A program made the translations under genes and the position numbers. Positions 1 through 9,900 of a stretch of DNA of 56,112 nt are shown piece by piece. The DNA lies in NCBI GenBank assembly GCA_964630515.1, contig CAZVVP010000003.1:1-56112 (forward strand). Reading direction: 5' to 3'. A model generated the notes under the pieces. The model made no database searches, was not told where the DNA came from, and saw nothing but the letters and a program-made list of their open reading frames with translations. The DNA comes from an uncultured Christensenella sp. GTDB lineage: Bacteria; Bacillota; Clostridia; Christensenellales; UBA1242. Each line of letters begins with the position of its first letter. Position 1 is the first letter of the stretch.

Positions 1-1541
1 TGAAAAGCAAAAAAATTCTAATTACAGTTATAGCACTTTGTGTGGCATTGGTCGGTGCTTTAACTGCTCTAGTGGTTGTATTAGTTAACTCTAATCAATC
101 CGCCAAATCTAATGTCACAGTAACATATGTTGCAGAAGATGTTGCGTGTGAGGTGAGTGCTTATTACGCTTTAGTTAATATGAAAGTAGGTAACGCAGGT
201 CCGTACACGTTTACTAGTATGGGAAGTGCAGTTGCAATTAATGAGAGCAGTTCAACAGCAACACTTAATCCAAGTGGGGATATTGCTTTAGACAATAAGA
301 ATAGTAGAATAGTGTTTCAATATGTATTCTATAATACAATGGCTAGCACTCCAATGTATATTGAATTAACTGGGCTTCCAGATAATGATACTGAAGGGGA
401 AAGTATTGAGAATGTAAAGCTATTGTATCATAATGACTATGACTTCTTGGATAATTATCAAATAAATGACGCTTTGTTTTCTGGATTTTATGATAGTGAA
501 CTAAATGGATCTATGGGTAAATTAGTTGTGCCAGCACTATGCACCAAGTATGTATATTTGATTGTATCAGTAGATGACCTATATGCTAACGCGTCATTTA
601 CAGGAGAGATTGAGTGGGAACTTACAAGAGGAGAAAAACCAATCACAACAGATGTAACAACTGGTAGTGTATTATCACTAAGTAATCTCTATGAAGGTTG
701 TGAAGTTACAGAAAGTGACTTAAATCATAGTACAGTTAATATTAGAACTTTAGATTGGTATACAGATAGTTCGCTTTCTACAAAAGTTACATTTCCAGTA
801 ACAACTACAGAGAGTACTACTTTGTATTCTAGTTATCTTAAAGGTAATATACCAGAAATTAATTTATCAACTGGAGTTAGTTCATGTTATACATCTTTTT
901 ATAACAAAGGATTAACTGTTAAGCATATGGCATTAGATATAGGAGAAACTTCTACAGTTGATGGATATTCTCCAATTACATCTTCAGATACAATTCTTGT
1001 TATTCCTGATATGTTTGAGCTTTCTGACGGAAGAATTTTGCCAATCGTTTCAGTAAATGGTGCTGGGTATACGCCAATAGATATGTCTTTTGATACTGAT
1101 GGAGATGGTAATGCTTGGGAATTTTCCAGTATATTAATCAATAATAGTCATGTTACAACCATGTATGTTGGTAACAATGTACAAGAATATAACAATGTAG
1201 CGTTAGAATCATGTGTACTTGAGTCTATTTATTTAGGTTTAGATATCAATTCTATTAGTGGAATGCCCAGTTTTTTGACATCTTCGACCTTAACTTCCAT
1301 ATATCTAGAAGAAAGTATGTGTGTAGGTAGTCAATGGGTTTTGGTTCAAGAACCTAATGGTTATTATGATGAGGATTCCTTCTATTCCTCTCAGTATGTT
1401 ATTCATGTAGCAGTAGATGATTCTGTTTTTGATTCTCCACAAACATTAACTACCTATTTAAGAAGTGTTGAAATTGGTGCTTCTGTTAATGGGCATATAT
1501 ATAGATATAATATGTTATACTCTGCACAAGCTAATGAATAA
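1..1541 (+). CDS. membrane-anchored surface protein; C-terminal part resembles BspA-type leucine-rich repeats; start codon clipped by window edge
   Basis: The frame of ORF 42..1541 stays open back to nt 3 (KSKKILITVIALCVALVGALTALVVVLV, an N-terminal signal anchor). The window begins with TG, consistent with a clipped ATG. The C-terminal segment (VTTMYVGNNVQEYNNVALESCVLESIYLG ... LTSIYLEE) has the irregular L/I pattern of BspA-like LRRs. A strong terminator follows. Confidence 0.6.
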   Translation, partial: KSKKILITVIALCVALVGALTALVVVLVNSNQSAKSNVTVTYVAEDVACEVSAYYALVNMKVGNAGPYTFTSMGSAVAINESSSTATLNPSGDIALDNKNSRIVFQYVFYNTMASTPMYIELTGLPDNDTEGESIENVKLLYHNDYDFLDNYQINDALFSGFYDSELNGSMGKLVVPALCTKYVYLIVSVDDLYANASFTGEIEWELTRGEKPITTDVTTGSVLSLSNLYEGCEVTESDLNHSTVNIRTLDWYTDSSLSTKVTFPVTTTESTTLYSSYLKGNIPEINLSTGVSSCYTSFYNKGLTVKHMALDIGETSTVDGYSPITSSDTILVIPDMFELSDGRILPIVSVNGAGYTPIDMSFDTDGDGNAWEFSSILINNSHVTTMYVGNNVQEYNNVALESCVLESIYLGLDINSISGMPSFLTSSTLTSIYLEESMCVGSQWVLVQEPNGYYDEDSFYSSQYVIHVAVDDSVFDSPQTLTTYLRSVEIGASVNGHIYRYNMLYSAQANE

Positions 1542-1574
1542 CAAAATAACAAAATCCTTATATGATTTTAAAAT

Positions 1575-1620
1575 AACAAACTATATATCTTTAAGTTTAT
1601 ATAGTTTGTTTTTTATTTTT
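1575..1620 (+). terminator. rho-independent terminator
   Basis: Perfect 13-bp stem aacaaactatata / tatatagtttgtt (1575-1587 / 1598-1610), 10-nt loop, then a T-run. Confidence 0.8.
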
Positions 1621-1668
1621 TCATAATATAAGTTTCCTTAAATTGGTTAATTGGTATATAATAAAATT

Positions 1669-3870
1669 ATGAAATTTGCAGAAGTTATTGTTGATATTGT
1701 TAATAGTGAGGTTGATAAAGTATTCGATTATCTTATATCGGATAGTTTTTCTGTAACGCTTGGAGATATGGTTTCTGTGCCATTTGGTAGAAGAGAAATT
1801 GAAGGATATGTCCTTAATATCAAAGACACCACAAATTATGATATTGACAAAGTAAAGCCCATCTCAAAAGTAGTAATTCCACAAATAATTAAAGAAGATG
1901 TATTAAAGTTAATTAAAGAATTAAAGAACAATCTATATCTTAAATATATAGACCTAATAAAGCTGGTTATTCCATCTCAGATTAGAAACAAACAAATCCA
2001 AACACAATATATAAGAAATATTCAACTTAATCATGAAATAAATCTAGAAGACTACTATGCAACTTTGCGAAAAAATACGAAAAATCCTATTCTACTATGT
2101 CAGTATTTAGAAAAGAATGGAATAGAGAATTATACAACTTTATCTAAATTATTTACTTCTGCGTGTGTTAACAGACTACTTAATGAAAAAATTATTGTTG
2201 AGAATAAAGTGGTTAAAAACAGATTAACTCAAGAGAATGTTAGACCACGAAAAGAAGTAGAACTTAATAAGTATCAAAAGGAAGCAGTTGATACAATTAC
2301 TACATCTAAGTACAAGACTTTTTTACTACATGGTGTTACAGGAAGTGGCAAAACAGAAGTTTATATAAGAGTTATTAGGCATTGTCTTATCAATAATTTA
2401 AGTGCAATAATGCTTGTTCCAGAGATTTCACTTACTCCACAGATGGTGTCTATTTTTACAGGTATCTTTGGCAGTGATATAGCAGTTTTGCATAGCGGAC
2501 TAAGTGCTGGAGAAAAGTTTGATGAATGGAATAGGATTTATAACAAGGAAGCAAAAATTGTAATTGGTGCTAGAAGTGCTATTTTTGCACCAATAGAGAA
2601 TTTGGGAGTTATCATTATTGATGAGGAGCATGATAATTCTTATGTATCCGATAGTAATCCTAGGTACGAAACTTATCAGGTTGCACAAATTAGAGCAAAG
2701 AATAATGATTGCCCATTAGTTTTGGGGAGTGCCACCCCTAATATAGAAAGTTATTACAAGTCTGAAACTGGCGAATTTGAGAGACTAGAGTTGCCGATAA
2801 GGGCAAACAATAAAGAAATGCCTTCTATAGAAATTGTTGATATGCTTCCAGAATTTAGAGGTGGAAATACAACTGGTTTTTCTAGTACTTTATTACTGGA
2901 ACTAACTAATACTATAAGGAAGAAAAATCAAGCAATTATCTTTATTAATCGTAGAGGCTTTTCTAGCTTTATTAGTTGTAAATCTTGTGGATATATTCCA
3001 AGATGTACTTCATGCGACATAACATTAAGCTATCACAAAGAATGTAATGAACTTAAATGTCATTATTGTGGCAAAAGATTTAGAAATATTACTAAATGTC
3101 CAGAGTGCGGTAGTGATGAAATTAAACTGGGCGGAACAGGGACACAAAAGGTTGTAGAGGAATTAGAGAAAATATTTCCAAATGTACCAGTTTATAGAAT
3201 GGATGTTGATAGCACAAAAAACAAGAATGGACACGCAAAGATTCTTTCAGAATTTGGCAAATCTAAACCTTCAATATTAGTAGGAACTCAAATGATAGCG
3301 AAAGGACATGATTTCCCAGAAGTAGATTTGGTAGGAATATTAGATGCGGACTTAAGTTTATTTTTTGGAGAATATAGAGCGTCGGAAAAGACTTTTCAAC
3401 TAATTACGCAAGTAGCGGGAAGAGCTGGGAGAAGTGAAATTGAAGGTAAAGTTATTCTCCAAACTTATTTTCCTAAGAATTATGTTTACAATTTAGTTGC
3501 AAACTATAATTATAAGAAGTTTTATCAGAAAGAAATAAATTTGAGGAATACAACTAATTTTCCGCCTTTTGCAGAGATTATAAGAATACTTATTAGTAAT
3601 GAAAATGAAGAAACTGCAAGAAACTTGACTGTAGAACTATATAACAAAATAAAAGATTTAAAAATTGAGTTTAAGGACAAAATATTTTTTATTCAAGCAA
3701 TGCAATCACCATTAAATAAGCTTAAGAATAAATTTAGATTTCAGATTGTGCTTAGATATGATGTACAGATTTGCGAAACTATTAAATCAAGAGTATATGA
3801 ACTACTTAATGATAGTGAACATAACAAGAGTTCAATATTTGTGGAGTTAAATCCATTAAGTTTATCTTAA
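1669..3870 (+). CDS. priA: primosomal protein N' (replication restart helicase PriA)
   Basis: Walker A GVTGSGKTEVY, DExH box IIIDEEHD, double zinc-finger block CKSCGYIPRCTSCD...CHYCG...CPECGS, and helicase C motifs GTQMIAKGHDFP and QVAGRAGR. ATG 1669 (MKFAEVIVDI) is preferred over the in-frame TTG 1651 of the ORF track. Confidence 0.93.
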   Translation: MKFAEVIVDIVNSEVDKVFDYLISDSFSVTLGDMVSVPFGRREIEGYVLNIKDTTNYDIDKVKPISKVVIPQIIKEDVLKLIKELKNNLYLKYIDLIKLVIPSQIRNKQIQTQYIRNIQLNHEINLEDYYATLRKNTKNPILLCQYLEKNGIENYTTLSKLFTSACVNRLLNEKIIVENKVVKNRLTQENVRPRKEVELNKYQKEAVDTITTSKYKTFLLHGVTGSGKTEVYIRVIRHCLINNLSAIMLVPEISLTPQMVSIFTGIFGSDIAVLHSGLSAGEKFDEWNRIYNKEAKIVIGARSAIFAPIENLGVIIIDEEHDNSYVSDSNPRYETYQVAQIRAKNNDCPLVLGSATPNIESYYKSETGEFERLELPIRANNKEMPSIEIVDMLPEFRGGNTTGFSSTLLLELTNTIRKKNQAIIFINRRGFSSFISCKSCGYIPRCTSCDITLSYHKECNELKCHYCGKRFRNITKCPECGSDEIKLGGTGTQKVVEELEKIFPNVPVYRMDVDSTKNKNGHAKILSEFGKSKPSILVGTQMIAKGHDFPEVDLVGILDADLSLFFGEYRASEKTFQLITQVAGRAGRSEIEGKVILQTYFPKNYVYNLVANYNYKKFYQKEINLRNTTNFPPFAEIIRILISNENEETARNLTVELYNKIKDLKIEFKDKIFFIQAMQSPLNKLKNKFRFQIVLRYDVQICETIKSRVYELLNDSEHNKSSIFVELNPLSLS

Positions 3871-3884
3871 TAACATACTTATAT

Positions 3885-3913
3885 TTGCAAAATATTTGAA
3901 TATATGTTAAAAT
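3885..3913 (+). promoter_or_regulatory. sigma-A type promoter for def-fmt operon
   Basis: TTGCAA (3885-3890), 17-nt spacer, TAAAAT (3908-3913), preceded by TGt (extended -10). Confidence 0.55.
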
Positions 3914-3941
3914 ATTTTGATATTAACAAAAGGAAAAAGTT

Positions 3942-4388
3942 ATGGCTATTAGAAATATAATTTTAAGTGACAATGAATTATTAAGAAAGAAAAGTAAGGA
4001 AGTCAAAGTCTTTGATGATAATTTAGCACTTCTTCTAGATGATATGTATGAAACAATGGTAAAAAACAACGGTTGTGGTATTGCTGCAGTTCAAGTGGGG
4101 ATTCTAAAAAGGGCAGTTATTGTTGAAACTAATGGTTTAAAACTTGAATTGATTAATCCAGTAATTACATCAAGTAAAGGTAAGCAGTCTGGACAAGAAG
4201 GTTGTCTAAGTGTCAAGAATGTTAGAGGTGAAGTTGAGAGGCCTTATCAAATTACTGTTAAAGCATTTGATAGATATGGAAATGAGATGATTCTAACTTT
4301 TTGTGATTTTGTTGCAACTGCTATTTGCCATGAACTTGACCATCTTGATGGAATATTGTTTATAGACAAAATGAAAAAGAATAAATAG
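3942..4388 (+). CDS. def: peptide deformylase
   Basis: Motifs GIAAVQVG, EGCLS and HELDHLDG; SD aaaggaaaaag upstream. Confidence 0.95.
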   Translation: MAIRNIILSDNELLRKKSKEVKVFDDNLALLLDDMYETMVKNNGCGIAAVQVGILKRAVIVETNGLKLELINPVITSSKGKQSGQEGCLSVKNVRGEVERPYQITVKAFDRYGNEMILTFCDFVATAICHELDHLDGILFIDKMKKNK

Positions 4389-4406
4389 CAAGGAGAAAGA
4401 AGTATT

Positions 4407-5366
4407 ATGAAAGTTATTTTTATGGGTACTCCTGAATTTGCAGTTCCCTCTCTTCAAGCATTAATTAATAGTAACCACGAAATTGTTGCTGTTGTAACTC
4501 AACCAGACAAAGAAGTTGGCAGGAATAAAAAAATACAATTTTCTCCTATTAAACAAGTAGCATTAGACAATAATCTAACACTTTTCCAATTTAACAAAAT
4601 TAAAAATGAGGGCATTGATATTATTAACAAGCTTGATGCTGATATTATTGTTACTTGTGCGTATGGTCAAATATTAAACGAAGATATTCTATTTGCTAAG
4701 AAATTTGGTGTTATTAATGTGCACGGAAGTCTACTTCCTAAATATCGTGGAGCATCACCAATACAATCTGCAATTATTAATGGCGAAAAGATAACTGGCG
4801 TAACTATTCTAAAAAGTGATATTGGTATTGATGACGGCAATATGATTCTTAAGAAAGAACTAGAAATTAAAGAAAATGAGACTTATGGCGAACTATCTAT
4901 AAGGTTGGCTAATTTAGGTGCTGAGGCATTACTTGAGGCACTAAATCTTATAGAAAACGGTCAAGCTATTTATACTCCTCAAGATTCAGGACTTGCCACT
5001 CATTGCAAAATGTTTAAATCTGGTTTTGGCAGATTAAACTTTAATAATTCAGCACGAGATATTGTTAATCTTATACATGGGGTTAATCCCTCTCCAATTG
5101 CATATATGATAATTAATGATAGCAGATACAAGGTATATAACGCACATATCCTAGACAACGAAGAAGTTTTGAAATTAAATTTAATTACAGAATATACTAA
5201 TGGCGAAGTTGTTTTAGCAAAAAGCAAACAAGGATTAATCATTAAAGCATCAGATGGTTTTGTGGCAATTGACAAAATTCAAGCTGAGAATGGAAAAATT
5301 TTGCCAGTTAAAGACTTTTTGAATGGTTCTAAAATAAATGTAGGAGATGTCGCTATCAATGAATAA
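4407..5366 (+). CDS. fmt: methionyl-tRNA formyltransferase
   Basis: MKVIFMGTPEFAVP N-terminus and the HGSLLPKYRGASPIQ motif; SD aaggagaaag; sits after def. Confidence 0.95.
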   Translation: MKVIFMGTPEFAVPSLQALINSNHEIVAVVTQPDKEVGRNKKIQFSPIKQVALDNNLTLFQFNKIKNEGIDIINKLDADIIVTCAYGQILNEDILFAKKFGVINVHGSLLPKYRGASPIQSAIINGEKITGVTILKSDIGIDDGNMILKKELEIKENETYGELSIRLANLGAEALLEALNLIENGQAIYTPQDSGLATHCKMFKSGFGRLNFNNSARDIVNLIHGVNPSPIAYMIINDSRYKVYNAHILDNEEVLKLNLITEYTNGEVVLAKSKQGLIIKASDGFVAIDKIQAENGKILPVKDFLNGSKINVGDVAINE

Positions 5367-6654
5367 AGAAATTAGACAAGCCTACGCTATATTAAAAAAA
5401 GTATATTTTCAGCAATCTTATGCTGGGATAGAGTTAAATAAGACAATAAGCCGTGAAAGAGAGAATAGTAATACTAAACTTGTTACTAAGATTGTTTATG
5501 GCGTAATTGAGAATGATATACAATTACAATACATTATTGATTTATTTACTAAGGCTAAGCCAGAAGATGAAATTAATCTATTGCTAAAGATTGGAACTTA
5601 CATTATAAAAAACATCAACAGTATTCCTGAGTTTGCTTGTGTAAATGAAATTGTTGAAATAGCTAAAGCAATCAAGAATACAAAAATTGCAGGATTTGTG
5701 AATGCTACGTTGAAAAATATTTGCAAAACAAAGGTAAAATTTCCAGATAGAAACAAAAATATTATTAAATACTTCAGTGTTATTTATTCTTATCCAGAAT
5801 GGGTTATCGAAGAATTATTAAGGGAACATGATGAGAACTTTGTTGAAAATCTTTTGGCTCATGAACTTACAACATTAACTCATATAAGGATTTTAACTGA
5901 AAGAATAAGTGTTGAAGATTTTATTAAAATATTAGATGAGAAAAAAATTGAGTATCATAAATCAGCATATGATAATACATTCTATGTAGAATACTCTTCA
6001 TTAATTAAGATGTCAGAATTACATGATAAATATATTGTTCAAGGGCTTCCAAGTATAATTACTGCCAATAATGTACCTAAAGAGTCAAAATTAATTCTTG
6101 ATTTATGTGCAAGTCCTGGTGGAAAAAGTGTATTAATGGCACAAAATAATCCTGATTCAATAATTTATGCTTGTGATGTTTCTGATAATAGAGTAGAATT
6201 AATTAATAAGTATGCAAAATCATATGATGTTACAAATATTAAAATATTTCAAAATGATGCGACAATCTTGAAAGAAGATTGGATAGAAAAGTTCGATACT
6301 GTTCTTTGTGATGTGCCTTGTAGCAATTTAGGTATTGCTAACAAAAAACCTGATGTGTTGTTAAATCGTTCCAAAGAAAGTGTTGGAGAACTTAAGGATA
6401 TTCAACTAAATATTTTACAAACCGCATCAGACTATGTAAAAAAGGGCGGAGTGTTGATTTATAGCACTTGCTCTATAATGAAAGAAGAGAACGAAAAAGT
6501 CATAGGCAAATTTTTGCAAAGTCATAATAACTTTGTACTAACTGAGGTTGATACTCATGGTGTAGAAGTTGAAAAATATCATAATTTATGCACTTTTTAT
6601 CCTCATATTAGTAATTGCGAAGGTTTTTTCATAGGGAGATTAAAGAAAAAATGA
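5359..6654 (+). CDS. rsmB: 16S rRNA (cytosine967-C5)-methyltransferase RsmB/Sun
   Basis: NusB-like N-terminal half, then SAM MTase motifs DLCASPGGKS, DVPCSNLG and YSTCS. ATG 5359 overlaps the fmt stop; the track start 5347 has its SD directly abutting the ATG. Confidence 0.9.
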   Translation: MNKEIRQAYAILKKVYFQQSYAGIELNKTISRERENSNTKLVTKIVYGVIENDIQLQYIIDLFTKAKPEDEINLLLKIGTYIIKNINSIPEFACVNEIVEIAKAIKNTKIAGFVNATLKNICKTKVKFPDRNKNIIKYFSVIYSYPEWVIEELLREHDENFVENLLAHELTTLTHIRILTERISVEDFIKILDEKKIEYHKSAYDNTFYVEYSSLIKMSELHDKYIVQGLPSIITANNVPKESKLILDLCASPGGKSVLMAQNNPDSIIYACDVSDNRVELINKYAKSYDVTNIKIFQNDATILKEDWIEKFDTVLCDVPCSNLGIANKKPDVLLNRSKESVGELKDIQLNILQTASDYVKKGGVLIYSTCSIMKEENEKVIGKFLQSHNNFVLTEVDTHGVEVEKYHNLCTFYPHISNCEGFFIGRLKKK

Positions 6655-7697
6655 AAATTTTATTAGATTACAATTTACAAGAATTGGAAGAGTTGGTTGT
6701 AGCTTTAGAAGAGCCTAAGTTTAGGGCTAAACAATTATTAGATGCTCTTTATAATGGAAAAAATTATAATGATAAACTTAATTTAAATAAGAGTTTAGTA
6801 GACAAGCTTTCTAATAGTAACTGCGTAATGCAACCTATTGAGATATATAAAGCAAAAGAGAGCAAAGATGGTAGTATAAAATTTCTTTACAAATTGTGTG
6901 ATGGAAATATTATCGAAGGGGTTCTTTTGAATTATACATTTGGTAACACAATTTGTATAAGCACACAAGTTGGTTGCAAAATGAACTGTGCTTTCTGTGC
7001 TAGTAGTCTTAATGGATTTGTTAGAAATTTAACAGCTGGAGAAATTATTGGTCAAATTACTGCTGTAAACAAATATCTTGGCGGAAATCTTAAAAACAGA
7101 AAAATTTCTAACATAGTCCTAATGGGAAGCGGAGAACCTTTTGATAATTTTGATAATGTTGCAAGATTTTTAAGTCAAGTCACTGATGAGAAATTGTTTA
7201 ATTTCAGTGTTAGAAATATCACAATTTCGACTTGCGGAATTGCCCCAAAAATTGAGAAATTAGCAGATTTAGGATATAATGTTACTTTATCAATTTCGCT
7301 TCATGCACCTAACGATACTGTAAGAAAACAAATTATGCCAATTGCAAAAAGCTATCCTATCTCAACTATTTTGGAAAGTGCTAAATATTATAATTTGATT
7401 ACAAGTCGAAGAATTACAATTGAATACACTTTAATTGAGGGAGTTAATAATACAACTAATCATGCTAAGCAATTAGTTGCTTTGCTTAAAGATTTCCCAT
7501 GTCATGTTAATTTAATTAAATTAAATGAAGTCGATGGTAGAAATTTGAAAAGTCCAACAATTTCTAGCTGTAAGCAATTTTTAAATATATTGACTACTAA
7601 TCAAATCAGTGCAACACTTAGAAGGAGTCTAGGTGATGATATAGAAGGTGCTTGTGGTCAATTAAGAAATAAAGAATTAAGTAAGAAGGGTGATTAA
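6651..7697 (+). CDS. rlmN: 23S rRNA/tRNA adenine-C2 methyltransferase RlmN (radical SAM)
   Basis: CKMNCAFCAS (CxxxCxxC), GSGEP, C-terminal GACGQL. ATG 6651 forms an ATGA overlap with the rsmB TGA stop (6652-6654). Confidence 0.93.
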   Translation: MKILLDYNLQELEELVVALEEPKFRAKQLLDALYNGKNYNDKLNLNKSLVDKLSNSNCVMQPIEIYKAKESKDGSIKFLYKLCDGNIIEGVLLNYTFGNTICISTQVGCKMNCAFCASSLNGFVRNLTAGEIIGQITAVNKYLGGNLKNRKISNIVLMGSGEPFDNFDNVARFLSQVTDEKLFNFSVRNITISTCGIAPKIEKLADLGYNVTLSISLHAPNDTVRKQIMPIAKSYPISTILESAKYYNLITSRRITIEYTLIEGVNNTTNHAKQLVALLKDFPCHVNLIKLNEVDGRNLKSPTISSCKQFLNILTTNQISATLRRSLGDDIEGACGQLRNKELSKKGD

Positions 7698-8577
7698 TAT
7701 TAAAGCACAAATTTTAAAAATAATTAATGGTGGAATGACGGCTATCAGTAATGGGATAGTATATAATTGCGAACCTAATGGCAAGTCGAAGAAATCCAAA
7801 ATTATGGTTGGAGACATTGTTGAATTAGAAGAAAATAACTATGGCGATAAATATGTTGTTAGTAAGATTGAGAAAAGAAAAAATTCTTTGTTGAGACCGC
7901 CACTTTGCAATATAGATAATCTATTTATTATAATGTCTAAATTGCCCAAAACAGATTATTTGCTAGTAGATAAACTGATTATTTATTGTAGAATTAATAA
8001 TATAAAACCTTATATTATAGTTAACAAAATAGATTTGTACACTGAAGAAGAAATTAACGACTTAAGAAAGCAATTTAGTCCAAGTGTAGAAGATATTATT
8101 TTTGTTAGTGGAAAACAAAAAGTAGGTATTGATAAAATTTTGCAATATTTACCTAAAAATTTATCAGTATTTGCTGGACAAAGTGCTGTAGGAAAAAGTA
8201 CAATACTTAACGCAATAAGTCCTAATTTAAATCTTTCAACCAATGATTTAAGCAAAAAAATTGGTCGTGGAAAGCACACAACTAGACATAGTGAGATTTA
8301 TATACTTGATGATAATATTATGATTGCAGACACGCCTGGATTTAGCTTACTTGACCTAGACATAGATATAGAACCAAAAGACTTATCTAAATATTATGTT
8401 GATTTTGAAGAATTTTTAGATTGTAAATATTCTAATTGTGACCATACGAATCTACAAGACAAGGATTGTATGCTAGCAAGAGCGGTTATTGATGAAAAAG
8501 TAGATAAAAATAGATATATAAGATATACTGAGCTGTACAAAAAATTAAGAGAAAAATGGAGAAAAAAATATGATTAA
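7690..8577 (+). CDS. rsgA: ribosome small subunit-dependent GTPase A (RsgA/CpgA)
   Basis: Circularly permuted GTPase motifs NKIDL, GQSAVGKSTILN and DTPGF; zinc cluster CKYSNCDHTNLQDKDC. GTG 7690 overlaps the rlmN stop by 8 nt. Confidence 0.9.
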   Translation: MINIKAQILKIINGGMTAISNGIVYNCEPNGKSKKSKIMVGDIVELEENNYGDKYVVSKIEKRKNSLLRPPLCNIDNLFIIMSKLPKTDYLLVDKLIIYCRINNIKPYIIVNKIDLYTEEEINDLRKQFSPSVEDIIFVSGKQKVGIDKILQYLPKNLSVFAGQSAVGKSTILNAISPNLNLSTNDLSKKIGRGKHTTRHSEIYILDDNIMIADTPGFSLLDLDIDIEPKDLSKYYVDFEEFLDCKYSNCDHTNLQDKDCMLARAVIDEKVDKNRYIRYTELYKKLREKWRKKYD

Positions 8578-9256
8578 ATTATTCCCTAGTACAAACCCTA
8601 GCCCTGAGAACAATTTACTTCATTATATTAGAGTTTTGCAAGAAGCGGGTGTGGAATTTATGCACTGTGATGTAATGGACGGGATTTTTGTAAAAAATTC
8701 ATGCTTAGATGTAGATTTGCTTAAAAAAATTGCTACTGAGACTACAGTAGGACTTGATGTCCATCTAATGATTACAGAACCTCTTTCTAATATAGACAAA
8801 TACATCAAACTTCCTGCAACGTATATTACAACTCATTATGAAGCATATAATAGTGTTCAAAATATTATAAAAATGTCTAAGTATATAAGAAATAATAATA
8901 AACTAATGGGACTAGCCATAAAACCTTCGACACCAATTTCAAAAATTAAAAATATTTTGAGTTTATGTGATTTAATTTTGGTCATGAGCGTTGAGCCAGG
9001 TGAGAGTGGTCAAGTCTTTATGGAATCTACTTATAACAAAATCAAAGAACTTAGACAAGAAATAGACATTAATAATTTGAATATAAAAATTCAAGTTGAT
9101 GGTGGTATTAACGAAAATAATATGCAAAAAGTAGTCAACGCAGGTGCTGATATTCTTGTTATGGGTAATGCAGTATTTATTGCTAATGACAGAGCAAAAT
9201 TAGTCAAGAGCGTGAAATTGTTATATAAGCAAAACGAACAACAAAGTGACATTTAA
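8570..9256 (+). CDS. rpe: ribulose-phosphate 3-epimerase
   Basis: HCDVMDG, DVHLM, MSVEPG and VDGG motifs; overlaps the rsgA stop; conserved position after rsgA. Confidence 0.88.
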   Translation: MIKLFPSTNPSPENNLLHYIRVLQEAGVEFMHCDVMDGIFVKNSCLDVDLLKKIATETTVGLDVHLMITEPLSNIDKYIKLPATYITTHYEAYNSVQNIIKMSKYIRNNNKLMGLAIKPSTPISKIKNILSLCDLILVMSVEPGESGQVFMESTYNKIKELRQEIDINNLNIKIQVDGGINENNMQKVVNAGADILVMGNAVFIANDRAKLVKSVKLLYKQNEQQSDI

Positions 9257-9332
9257 TTAACTATTTTCATATATATAACCATGAAAAATTCATATTCTTT
9301 GTTAAGATATATAAAATAAAAATGAGGTATAT

Positions 9333-9410
9333 ATGAAAATTTATTGTTTTAAGTGTCCAAGATTTCTTAGAGGTTTATTAAAACTAATTTTTTATAAACA
9401 TTTAAATTAA
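9333..9410 (+). CDS. possible 25-aa small protein or leader peptide (MKIYCFKCPRFLRGLLKLIFYKHLN)
   Basis: ATG 9333 is preceded by GAGG (9324-9327). The ORF ends 16 nt before the rpiB ATG. It is too short for the ORF track; support is the SD plus its position only. Confidence 0.25.
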   Translation: MKIYCFKCPRFLRGLLKLIFYKHLN

Positions 9411-9426
9411 CAATAAGGGGAAACAT

Positions 9427-9855
9427 ATGATAGTTTTGGCGTACGACCATAGGGGATATAAGTTAATGCAGAGTGTTAAGAAATATCTTGAAAGTATGAA
9501 TAAGCAGTACATTGAATTTGCAAACAAAGAATATGACAAGTGCGATAATTACGCATATTTTGCTAAAAAAGCTTGTGAATATATGAAAAAAAATAAAGAG
9601 TCAAAAGGTATTTTTTGTTGTGGTACAGGAATTGGTATTTCTATCGCAGCAAATAGAGTCAAAGGCATAAGGTCTGGAATTTGCCATGATGTTGAGACTA
9701 CTTTTTTGGCCAGAAATGATGATGATATTAATGTGCTTGTTTTGGCTGGAAATACTACAAGTATTGTTAAAGCAAAGAAAATGATTGATGTTTTTCTTAA
9801 TACAGCATTTGAAGGCGGTAGACATATAGAGAGATTGGCACTATTAGATAAATAG
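9427..9855 (+). CDS. rpiB: ribose-5-phosphate isomerase B (RpiB/LacA/LacB family)
   Basis: YDHRG N-terminus and CGTGIGISIAANRVKGIR active-site region; SD aagggga upstream. Confidence 0.9.
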   Translation: MIVLAYDHRGYKLMQSVKKYLESMNKQYIEFANKEYDKCDNYAYFAKKACEYMKKNKESKGIFCCGTGIGISIAANRVKGIRSGICHDVETTFLARNDDDINVLVLAGNTTSIVKAKKMIDVFLNTAFEGGRHIERLALLDK

Positions 9856-9900
9856 GCATAATCAAATAGGACAATTCATATTTATATTTTAGGAGTAGAT

